From Lophium mytilinum (taxonomy: Eukaryota), in contig MU004185.1 in the NCBI GenBank assembly GCA_010093605.1, forward strand, positions 1,943,334 through 2,007,333: 64,000 nucleotides of DNA, in the 5' to 3' direction. Positions 13,101 to 23,833 of this stretch are shown here, piece by piece. Made by a program: the position numbers and the translations under genes. The notes beneath the pieces are model-generated. The model was not told the DNA's origin. It saw only the letters and a list, made by a program, of their open reading frames with translations, and ran no database searches. Every line of letters begins with the position of its first letter. The first letter of the stretch is position 1.

Positions 13101-13847
13101 CGGCTTCCCCGACAGAGTGAGGAAAGTGAAACCGATATTCTCATGGGTGGTTTCTTTCCCAAATCCTCCCTCACCAAATCCGCCCCCCTCTCCGCAACCG
13201 CATACACCGAACTTGTCACCGGCCCCTTCGGCACGATCGGAAACACACTCGCATCGCACACCCTCAAATTCCCCGTCCCATGCACCACCAACCTCCCCCC
13301 CCCTGAAGAAACTCTATCACCTGTTCGGCATTCCAAGACGCTCGAAGATCGGAATACAGACCTCACCCTGGCCTTGGCTACCAGAGATATCGAATTGGTT
13401 ATCCAAAGAATCAACTTTCATCGAAAAGAACCTCGCCAATCGCAGAGCCCAATATTTGTGGCCCACCTTTTCAAAAGACCAGATATTGTCGAGTATCTTC
13501 ACAAGAATGGAATCAGCCTGTACGCGCGCGAGGTGTTTCAAATCTACAGCGAAGACGCAGATCTTGCTAAAAAATTGCTTGGCTCTATCGAAAACCACCC
13601 TATCTCGGTATCACGAGCTCAGTTACTGTCAGCACTCACTAGTTTTCTTGACAATGAGTCTTTTCCCAAATCTAAGGAAATGGATTATATATTGAACAGT
13701 GCAAGCACGGATCATAGCTTCCTTCTGGCCAGAATGACCTCTCTGGTAGACCGTCATAAGGAAAACCTCCGCACTTCAATCAAAGCCCCCGGAACCTTCA
13801 AAACCAAACTTGGGAGACTCAAATTCAGATCTATGCGTACATCATAA
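10120..13847 (+). CDS. Fungal NLR-like STAND protein: N-terminal helical (HeLo-like) domain, NACHT, degenerate ankyrin repeats
   Basis: MADPLSIAASICGIASLA N-terminus typical of fungal NACHT proteins; intron 10346-10407; P-loop GIPGAGKTTL; Walker B LVIDGLDEC; ANGMFQWVKLQ; LSHFTVKEFL; ankyrin-like SPLQFAA, TPLHFAI, LLVTHGAD. Confidence 0.9.
13157..13303 (-). pseudogene. GMC oxidoreductase C-terminal fragment, antisense within the NLR CDS
   Basis: Minus frame reads RLVVHGTGNLRVCDASVFPIVPKGPVTSSVYAVAERGADLVREDLG, matching the GMC_oxred_C terminal motif. No GMC-like sequence on either side. Confidence 0.8.
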
Positions 13848-14304
13848 TCGAGGGTCCAATTCAGAGCCTCTGGAACGTAAAGTTGACAAAATCACTAAGC
13901 TCAATGGGCCAGGGGGGTCTCAGACGATTTTACGGGCCGTCAAATAAACAGTGTTAGCATTTGGAGTTAGAACTGCGCGTAGGTCATGATGAATATTTGG
14001 ATTTAGGGTTTTTAGAACCGGTTCTATCACGTTCCAACGCTTGCGGGTCTTGCAGTATTTTCGACATGTTCAAAGGCGAAGTTCCAATAGATGGCAACAG
14101 TGCGATTGCGTGAGTGCTTCCAACGCACAAAATGGTCTGGTGGCCTGCTGGATGCTGATGTTGAGGCTGAATCTATAACTGTATAAGGTAACCCGGAATC
14201 TGTACTCTAACGCTCACAACTTCGCCCTTTTCCCCGCTCGCGGCGCTCTAGCCAAGTCAATCAATGGTCATGACGTTTCGTCAACTGCCTCCACAGATGC
14301 CAGC

Positions 14305-15563
14305 TTACCTCGACCTGCCGTACGACGGAGCTGCCGCAGGCTTGTTATCTAGTATAGTCTCAATCTCCTCCATCAGCTCTGGCGTAAGCTTAGGTAGCAG
14401 GGCCAGCGCCTTGCAGTTATCCACGATCTGCTCGACTTTCGTAGCACCGAGGATGACCGTGGAGACATTCGGGTTCTTCGCGCACCAAGCGAGTGCCAAT
14501 TGAGACGCGTTCCCGCCGAGCTTTTCCGCGATTGTGGTCAGCTTCTTGACCTTCTCGATCTTGGCTTTGCCCTCTTCGCTCTGCAGCTGTTTGACGGAGT
14601 CGCTGAAGATGGATGAGTTTGTGGCGAAGCGGGAGTCTTCGGGGACGCCGTTGTTGTATTTGCCGGTGAGGAGGCCGGACGCGAGGGGGGACCAGATGGT
14701 TGTGCCGTATTGGAATTTCTCGTAGAGAGGAGCGTACTCGACTTCGAAGCGCTGGCGGTGGAAGGCGTTGTATTGGGGTTGTTCGGCGATGGGGGCGATC
14801 AGGTTGTATTTCTCGGCGATCTGGGTGGCTTCCATGATTTGGGTGGCGCTCCATTCTGAGGTTCCCCAGTACTGCGCAAGGTTAGATCTTGGAAAGTAGT
14901 GAAAGAAGGATGAGAGCTCACGTAGGCAAGGTTGAGGTTGCGGATGACTTGGGTGAAGGCTTCAACGATCTCCTTCATCGGGGTACTGGCCCAAGTTAGT
15001 GATGTCGGGAGGATTGCGAGTGGTGACTTACGCGACATCGATTCGGTGAGCAAGGACGATATCCACGTATGGCTGCTGTAGCCTTGCCAGCGAACTCTTC
15101 AGGCCTTCGACAACGTGCTTCTTGCTGAGCCCCCTCGTGTTTGGCTCTTTACGGCCAGTCCCAAAGAAGATCTTGAACCTCGTCAGACACATCGCATTTG
15201 GATGAAGTAGACGTTCATACCTTGGTGCTTAGCACATACTCGTCCCTCGGCCACGCCAGCTCCTTCAACGCCTGGCCCATTTCAATCTCAGACTGGCCGT
15301 TGGCATAAGTCTCAGCCGTATCGAAGAAATTGATACCATGATCCCAGGCTGCTTGCATGCAATCCTTGACAATGCTGCCCTTCTGCGTGCCACCATAGGT
15401 CAACCAGCCTGTGGACAATGGTGGTCAGCAAACTTCCAATGCCCATATCAGGAAGAAAAATCATACCGCCAAGCGACAACACGGAGACCTTCAGCCCACT
15501 GGGCCCCAAGTTACGGAACTCCATGTCCTTGGGGCTAAATTTAGACTCGACAGGGCCAGCCAT
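14305..15563 (-). CDS. Aldo-keto reductase, Kv-beta-like, multi-exon
   Basis: [85 protein letters not shown], separated by short introns. Confidence 0.95.
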
Positions 15564-16538
15564 CGTGATGGTACGAATGGGAAGTTTGATAGGATGAGTG
15601 AAGTTAATTGGACCGAGTTTTAGAGCAGCGAAGACGTGTTTGTTGAGAACGGGGCGAAGTTCTCTGTTCAGAAACATACGGGAGTCGTGGGGTTTAAAGG
15701 TTTTATCAATGGCGTTTCGTTACCTAAGGTCCAGCGATACTACACGTCATCCCAGTCTGCCTGCATGCGCGAGCGGCGGGGTGGCCGTTTTAAGGTTACA
15801 GACGCCGGAAGTGCAATTTGAAAGCAGAAGGTTACATGATATGCCCGAACCGGTAGGACAAGCCGGAGAAAGGACTTTATGGATAATAAGACACTCTTTT
15901 GTAAACGATATCTGTCGTAAAGTGTGATTCTAACTTCCACGAGCTTTTCTTTTAGAAGATGGATGACGAGACTGGCGGGGTTGTCGGATTTAAGCTGGGG
16001 CTAGCGAGTCTTTTGGCTCTAGCTCCCGTGGGTTCCACAGATCTCAAATGCCGAGGGTGATACCTAGCTTCTGCACTTCCTCACCATATAGGCCTAAGCT
16101 GGATGCGACTCCTAGTGACTCTGATGAAGTGCCAAGCATACTCTCTTACCCAGATAGCTATACCCATCAAAGCAACAAGGGCCAGCTAGAACAACGTTAT
16201 GCAGCATTCGTATCTGCAAATCATCAGCAGGTTTAGTAATCATGCCACAAGCCCCGATAGGCAATATTTCTAGGCTTGAAGTGCTCCAAGACCCTGCATG
16301 TAAGCACAAAGGCGGATTTGAACCAATAAGCGCGCCTCTTGTAAATTCAGTGCAGACTGAGTCACAGGATGGCGCGCGTCGCTCGTGTTTCAGGGACGAC
16401 CTGGCCACGTGCGGGGTCCAAACGGCGGCCTTGGTCAGGTGGGATGAATATAAAGAGCTGAAACAATCAGCCTCTTGAAAGTCATCCGAGTAACCTTTTC
16501 AAACATTCACACTCCAGTCTTAACAGCCAACTTTCAAG

Positions 16539-17051
16539 ATGCCATTCACCCATATCGCAATCAACGCCACTGCGGAGAAGTTCGACGAAACCGTCGCCTT
16601 CTACAAGAAAGCCATTGCTCCTTTCGGATATGCCGAGACCTTGAGCTACGGTGTCGCAGTCGGCTTTGGTGTCGACGGCAAGAACGACTTTTGGGTCTTT
16701 AAGAAGGAGAACTTGAAGCTCGGCGAGGACGCTGGCTTGCATTTTGCTTTCTTGGCAAAGGGTACGTTGTCTAACTTTTGAGGAGTGCTTAGCAGCAGGC
16801 ACTAATATAAATCGAAACGTACAGACAAGAAGGCTGTCGCTGAGTTCCACGCAGCATCGCTGGCAGCTGGTGCTAAGGACAATGGCGCACCGGGCCCGAG
16901 GCCATCATATGGGCCGAAGTACTATGGCGCCTTTGTCATTGATCCGGTAGGCAACCACCTAAGCTTTTTGGAGTCTGAAAGCGACTAACGCGTCGTGAGC
17001 TAGATGGGCAATAACGTTGAGGCTACTTCCTATGATGCTGATCAGGAATGA
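16539..17051 (+). CDS. Glyoxalase/bleomycin-resistance (VOC) family protein
   Basis: FTHIAI...FYKKAIAPFG...LHFAFLAK/.KKAVAEFHAASLAAGAKDNGAPGPRPSYGPKYYGAFVIDP/MGNNVEA; two introns. Confidence 0.9.
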
Positions 17052-17644
17052 ATGATGGGAATTTAGGGTGTTCATGGAAGGTGTCGACGTCAGATCAGAT
17101 GTTCATTTGAGAGGAAATGGTTCCAGGAGTAATAGTTCTCTTACACTTCTCAAATCAAAAGATCAAAACACAAATACCGGAAGATGTCTGATGTTGCAGA
17201 GACCCCGTTTCTAAGACGACTTCGCCAGTGCATGCTCCTTTCTTCTGTTACTCTTCAGTGTTAAGAGTAAACTGTGCGGACGCGTTCTCATAACACCTTC
17301 GGGGTCAGTTTAAGGTTCATGCGAAGGATTTTGCGAGTAGACTGGCGTTGGACGCCTGGATACGGAACCTTGGAATCCTTTGAGGTGAGAGCTAAACCTT
17401 TTCTGGGTATATGCAGCGCTCGGCTGCGTGATTGGTTCTTTGAGTCATCCTTCACATGACCTCGTTCTCTATTCGCGACTCTACTTAAATCACCACGATA
17501 ATCCCCTCTCCAACTCTCAGATATCTCAAGCTTTTCCTTTCATTTCATAATTTCCAGCCCTAATTCCGTCTCTTCGTGTCTTCCCAGCTCTTTTCCTCAA
17601 TATCGTGGAAAAGCTTCCACCCTCCTCCCAATAAAGCAATCACA

Positions 17645-18553
17645 ATGTCACCAAATCCTCCCCCACAACCCGCATCAACAACAGAATACCACCACACCCT
17701 CCGCCCCCAACCCAACCGCGCGCTCCGCTCCACCGCCGCCCTTACAGCCCTCACAGCGGGCCTAGCCACCTCCCTAGCCTGCCTATCCCCCCTCCTCCGC
17801 ACCAACCTCCTCCTCGACCCCTCCTCCCCCTCCAACCCCCCTGGCACCCCCATCCTCCGCTGGACCCCCGGCCTCCTCCTCGCCAGCAACCTCCTCACCG
17901 CCATCCACATCCCCACCACCCTCCTCATCGAGCAGCACATCTATCACCAACCCCCGAACTCCCTCTCCTCCACCTCCAACCGCTTCCGCTGGCCCTTACT
18001 CCTCAAACTCGCCAAACGAATCCTTCCCACCGCTCTCATCAGCGGCGCACTCCTCCAACTCCTCAACCCCGCAGGCTGGCCGAACCTCACGCCGCGCACG
18101 CTTACCATGTCCCTCCTAACCGCCACCCTCGTCCCCTGCGCCGCCGCCGCCGAGGAGTATGTCTTCCGTGGGCTGTTGCAGCGGGTATCCGCGTCCTGGT
18201 TCGCGGACTCGTCCACCGCGTTTTGGGCATCCACGGCTCTCACCAGCGTGTTCTTCGCGGGGATCCACGCGACGAGTAGTTTGTGGATGAACGCGTATTG
18301 CGTGCTGGCGAGCGTGGGTGGGAGTTTGATGACGCGGTGGACAGGGGGGTTGGAGGCGAGTGTGCTGCTGCATGCGGTGAGCAATGTGGTGTTGATGGTG
18401 CCGCCGGTGTTGGCGGGGAATATGGGGTATTTGGAGGAGTTGACGGAGAAGGGGCCGTCGGTGGGGATGGTGGTGGTGGCGGGGGTGAATGTTGGGGTGG
18501 TGGTGTGGGTGGTGGGGAGGGCTGTGGAGAACGAGAAGGGGAAGGAGGTGTAA
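17645..18553 (+). CDS. CPBP/Abi (CAAX-protease-like) intramembrane metalloprotease
   Basis: Motifs AEEYVFRGLL, FAGIH and GGLEASVLLHAVSN; several hydrophobic helices; no intron. Confidence 0.85.
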   Translation: MSPNPPPQPASTTEYHHTLRPQPNRALRSTAALTALTAGLATSLACLSPLLRTNLLLDPSSPSNPPGTPILRWTPGLLLASNLLTAIHIPTTLLIEQHIYHQPPNSLSSTSNRFRWPLLLKLAKRILPTALISGALLQLLNPAGWPNLTPRTLTMSLLTATLVPCAAAAEEYVFRGLLQRVSASWFADSSTAFWASTALTSVFFAGIHATSSLWMNAYCVLASVGGSLMTRWTGGLEASVLLHAVSNVVLMVPPVLAGNMGYLEELTEKGPSVGMVVVAGVNVGVVVWVVGRAVENEKGKEV

Positions 18554-19063
18554 GGGGAGAGGTTGGAGTGGTTTGAAGGTTGGGGAGAGGATGGGGAGGG
18601 CTGTAGGATAGGGGGTTCTCTTCGCTCTGGTGTATTCTCTACTCTTTTTTACTAGCCTTAGGCAAAATATTATTCTTCTCGACTACAATGTGGACGGTCT
18701 TGAAGTGGAGTCTTGAAGATTAGGGCGAATGGGCTCGACTACGCACATGTCATGATTTGTTGATGGGAGGAATATTATTGATAAACAGAACAGATCTCGA
18801 TTTTGGAAAATTACAGGAGATGGGGGAAGGGTGTCAGTACTGAGAACCCATATGAGATAATGATACTTGATGCAAGAGTGACTCAGACATTACAAAAGCC
18901 ACGAAGAAAAGAAAGCATAGATCTCTACTCTCACAGAGAACAAAGACCAAGGCGGCAAAGAATACAGAGTAGTAACAGTAATAGCGGCATCAAGCTAGTA
19001 CTGCGTGATGTCGGCGGTACAGCCAGAAAGCAAAGAAAGAGAGTGTCTAGCAACCACGAATAA

Positions 19064-19783
19064 TCAAACGCCCATTGCCGCCTTAGCAGCCGTCCAGATC
19101 ACATCACGGTCAGGAGTATCTGTCGTACCAACACACGTCGTGATATATGCAGACCAACCCGCCGTGCTTCCTGACTGTAGCTCGGCGCGGATAGGCGCGC
19201 ACGCTGGCTGGCTCGTCAAGAACCATGCCGCGCTCGCAAAGCTGTAATCATCCGTATTGACAAGCGCCAACACGGCGTCGGGACCAGCTGCGGTCGCTGC
19301 TGCCACCTTATCGGGCACCACCGCTTGCGCATACAGCGTGTTGAAGTTAATCATCTGCATGTTCCGGGTGCCCTGGCCTGGGCGACCGGGGCTGATGTTG
19401 TGGTTGTACTTGAAGCCGACAGATTCGAAGAGCATGAGGCTGAGTAGGGCGGCTTGTTCAGCCTTGGTGGTGATGCCATATTTGCTGAAGGAGTTGTTGA
19501 TGAAGGGCGCGGCTTGTTCCGCAGTGCGGCACTGGTCGGGGTGATCGGCGCCAGCACACGAGGAAGTTTCTGGCGTGATGGTCGTGATTATTGCCGCGGT
19601 AACGCCGCCAGAAGGTGCTACGTTCGGGGCATTAGCATTCGGGCTTGGAGTTGCGGTCGAGGAGGGTGTGGCACTCGATGCGGAAGGGGAGGGAGGGGCC
19701 TCACAAGCGTTGATTGGAGCCGCGATGGTGAGGGTGGACAGCGTCGCGAAGGTCGCGGCGATGAGAGCGGCTTTGAAATACAT
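19064..19783 (-). CDS. Secreted protein with Ser/Thr/Pro linker and lysozyme-like (GH19-like) domain
   Basis: Signal peptide MYFKAALIAATFATLSTLTIA; EQAALLSLMLFESVGFKY, GQGTRNMQ, SFASAAWFL resemble GH19/lysozyme-superfamily motifs. Confidence 0.7.
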   Translation of the reverse strand: MYFKAALIAATFATLSTLTIAAPINACEAPPSPSASSATPSSTATPSPNANAPNVAPSGGVTAAIITTITPETSSCAGADHPDQCRTAEQAAPFINNSFSKYGITTKAEQAALLSLMLFESVGFKYNHNISPGRPGQGTRNMQMINFNTLYAQAVVPDKVAAATAAGPDAVLALVNTDDYSFASAAWFLTSQPACAPIRAELQSGSTAGWSAYITTCVGTTDTPDRDVIWTAAKAAMGV

Positions 19784-20806
19784 GATGAGGAAACTTTTGG
19801 TTTGTTTGAGTCGTCGTTGGTTGCGAAATCTTGACAGTCGTTCGAATGTTGTTAATAGAAGAGCTCGATAACCAGATCGATGTATGTAGGTGGATGGATT
19901 GTGAAGAAAGGAATGAGAGAGAGAAGAATTTCTAGAAGATAAGGGAACACGGTGACATTTATAGCACAGCTATGAGTCTACGCGGAATGTCACTGAATAA
20001 TGTACAATGCACACAAAGAGTCTTACAGTATGACGATGAAAGCCAGTCGCGTCGCAAGGGAGTCGTGCACAATGAGGGGGAAACTCATTGTAATATACTT
20101 CGCACCTCGTACGAGTTTGTGCACCCCCCTACCTTAGCTCCCTAAGGGGCATCGTGGAGTCTACAGCGATGATCGTGGCCAGTGCCTTGGGGCCTTTGCG
20201 TTGGAGTCTGGGCAAGCGACGGGGTTGGAAAGAAAGAAGAGGTTTGGCATTAGTCACGTGGTGCTTCAAAACGCGCGATGATTGGCTGGTTCATCAACGC
20301 GTTTCAAACGCTGTTTCGGATTGTGGCGTTAACAACCAGTGCTTGGAAAAGCTTACCTTTACTTCAGAAGCGTCTTGACCATTCTAACTATGACTGGAAG
20401 TGGTGAATGGGTGAAGTTCGTTTCCAAAGGCCGTGTGTAGAAGTCCTAACCGCCCGTGCATCATTCTGCCTACAAATCTAGTAAATTCATGTATGAAGAT
20501 CCCCCTCGCTAGCTCCGAGGCCGCCTCACGGGTAATAGTGGCGCGTCGACAAAAGATCACTCATGCTTCGGACGAGCACTGGAGAAATTGTTCTTCCCAG
20601 ACTGTTCGCTATTTAACAAATGATTCAAGCATATCAACATATCAACGCGCTTAGTATGGACTTATTCCCGTAGATGATCGCAGAAAACTGGTAATTGAAC
20701 TGAAAGCTGGTATCACTCATCAAGCACGCCATAGGTTAAGTAGTAAAACTAGTTATATCATGCAAATAAGGTATTCATACCCATAAAGACTCATATATCA
20801 TCCCAT

Positions 20807-22649
20807 TCATAGAGCATCAGCAGCCTTCTTCGAATCCGCCAACTCCGCCGCAGTGGGACCATCTTCCGAACCGCTATCATTCTTTCCTTCCACGACGTTT
20901 CCTTCCCGGCCCAACATCATATGCTCCACGTTCACCTTCGGGCCCTTGAACCACTTGCGTGCGGACACAAACCACCAGACCATGGCGCCGAGCATAGGGG
21001 CGCCATACACGAGGCAGGTCCAGTTCATGAGATCGGGACTGTGATGTCAAAATTAGTCATTGAAGTACGAGGTGGATGTTTGCAGAGATACTTACGTCAA
21101 ATCTGCACCCTTCACGCTCGGCAAGCACAGAATCGGCACCATGAGAGCTACGAAAGCGCTCGCAACCATGCCAATCGGCATGCTGAATTTCCCTAGATGC
21201 CACGGGCCGGGCCTGAACCTGTTGCCGACGAAGAACACACGGATGAAGATGGGTGTCGTGAACGCGACGAATGCGGCAATGGCGCCGATAGAGAAGAGCG
21301 CACCGATCGCAACATCACCAGCAAAGATGAGAAAGAGGAGCAAGATGCCGATGACGCAGTTGAACCACACCGCATTGACGGGAGTCCTCGTGACTGGGTT
21401 GACCTGCTTCCAGAGGTTGGACATTGGGAAGCAGTCATCGCGGGCGTAGGCGAAGGTGACTCGAGAAGCAGCAATCATGCAGCCTTGGCCCATGGCGAAA
21501 CCGGCAATGATAGTGATGGAGAGGATGGCAAGCGTGATCTTCTGCGGCATGCATTGCATAAGATAAGCAGCGAAAGGCTGGCCGAGATCAGAGTCCAAGA
21601 CAGTGTCGATGTCGACAACGGTGTAGGCGACAACGAGCTGGAGGAACCAGCCGAAGATGCCGCCGGTGGCAGAGGTAAGGACAATGGCGCGGGGTGAGGC
21701 CAAATTGGCGTTGGAGCACTCTTCTGCCAGATGGAAAGGGCTGTCGTAGCCAGACATTGTCCAGATTACACCAATGAAGCTCATCAGCACAGAGATGCCC
21801 GCGGGAAACTCGGTGCCGGCATAGATATCGCCCCAGACCTCGCTCGATTTGGTGAACTTTGGTAGGCCGCGAGACTCACGGTCGGTACCGGCGGGAATCA
21901 GGATGATGACGACGATCAAGGCGATGAAGTTGAAGGTTGAGCCTCCGGAGTTTATCTGTGCTAGCCATCGCGTGGGCAGAGATGACATGATACCGTGAAG
22001 GATCATGATGAAGGTGGTGAGGAGGAAAACCTGATAATCGGTGGGGACGTAGTCGGGGTTCGTGATTGAAGCTGCAGCCAGAATCATCGAAGCAATCCCC
22101 CAATTGACTGACGGTGCAGCCGTCACCTGTCCTAGCCAATTGGACCATCCAGTAACCCAAGCCGCGAGAGGTCCCCATCCTGGCGGGGCGAGGACAGCAG
22201 CAGCGTAGTAGAGCCCACCGCTGGTGGGCATAGAGGAGCACAGCTCGGCCATGCTCATGGCGACGGCCTGGATACCGATCATAGCGACCAGCCAACCCCA
22301 AGTCATGCCTACCAGAGGTCAGGAAAACTTATCAAGTAGACGAAAGACAAAAAAGATCCAAAGACATACCGGCGGTTCCTGCATAACCCATGCCATAGAA
22401 TAGCGTACTGGCAAAGCTTGGAAGCAGTCCCAAAACAGCAAAGCTGACACAAAAGGTTGTGAATAAGCTGAACTCTCTCTTGAACTCAGACTTGTAGCCC
22501 AAGGCGGCCAGCACCTCCTCGTCGGCGTTGTATTCATGATTCGGGTCGTAGGGCACGTCTCCACCGGGGAGGACCGACGTCACGGGCTCGTCGGCCACGC
22601 TCTTCCTGCGCGCGCCCGCAGACGTGACGCTGAGATTCCGGGCGGACAT
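20807..22649 (-). CDS. APC-family amino acid/polyamine/GABA permease (UGA4/TPO5-like)
   Basis: LGYKSEFKREFSLFTTF, MAELCSSMPTSGGLYY, GYDSPFHLAEEC, SRVTFAYARD, WFKGPK; two introns. Confidence 0.95.
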
Positions 22650-23833
22650 GTTGATTTGGGAGTGTTTAGCGGAGAGGCTGTTGCAAGCTTGAAAAACATG
22701 CCGCGCTCATGGGCGTCGTTCAGATAAGTAGGCCTCGGGTTTGCAGCGCACGAGCATCGAAGTGAGATCGGCCAAGCCTGAAAGAGGCATCTGCAGCCCG
22801 ACAGGCGAAGATACGGAGCGGGAGGACGGAGCCAGTGACCGGCCAGGTGGGCGGGCCGGCGCTGCTGTTCAGTGGAGGGGAAGCTGCGTTACTTGCAGGG
22901 GCATCATCTGCCTTAGGTTCGCTGCAGTTGTGCAAAGCAACCCTTATCATGTGGCGAGTCCTCGCCCGTATCACCAACAGCAGACGCTTGCGAATTGCAA
23001 TGCGGGAGAGTCGGCTGCAGGCGAGGTGGCGCACCTTGGGGGAGCACTTCGCCGGCTTTTCGGCCACACGCCGCTGTCTAGCGCTTCCGTCGTACAGAGT
23101 CGGCTGTTGAAAGCGCCTTGGAGTTCGCCAACTGACACGAGAGCTCACCGCGGAACTGATAAGGACGAAACGCGACGGGGCGTGGTTCAGCCTTAAAACT
23201 TACGCTGTGTTTGCATCGCGCACTTGGCCAGTGTGGACCCTGTATCAACCCCGATTACACGCCTGTACCTACCGCTTCGGGATAGCAGCTTAGATCCCCT
23301 ACAAGGCCTGGCGGACGTGTAGAACTACATGACGGCTGATCTGGAGATTCTCGGTGCCCAAGGTCCTGGTTTTCCACGCGGTCTGGTGAGGGGTGAGGTT
23401 CAAAGTAGTTGCGGCAATCGAGATGCCCAGACGATAGCGCCGTGTGGGGTAGAATCTATGTCGTAATGGAAATTCGATTGGACATTCATGTTGACACTTC
23501 AAATGTGACTTCAAAAGTGACGTTGGAATAGATTGGTATTTTGGTATTACGCTGACGAGCAGCTGACTGGTGATTGATCGGGTATAATTCATTTCGGTAG
23601 CCTGGGATGACAGGCCCAAGATCCAAGAAGCACCGTTCCTGCAGCATACCACACCCCGGGCAGCTGATGCGTCGTCATCTAGACCTCCTGTAGAGCCGAA
23701 TATAACAGAAAGTAAAACGCCGGCCTACTCATAATTTCGTCCTAACGCCGGAGAAGTGAGACGAGAGCCCAGGTGCTGTGGCGTCGTTGTTTGTGAAACC
23801 TTCAAACTGAAGCTCATTGTTTTCGAGAAGCTC

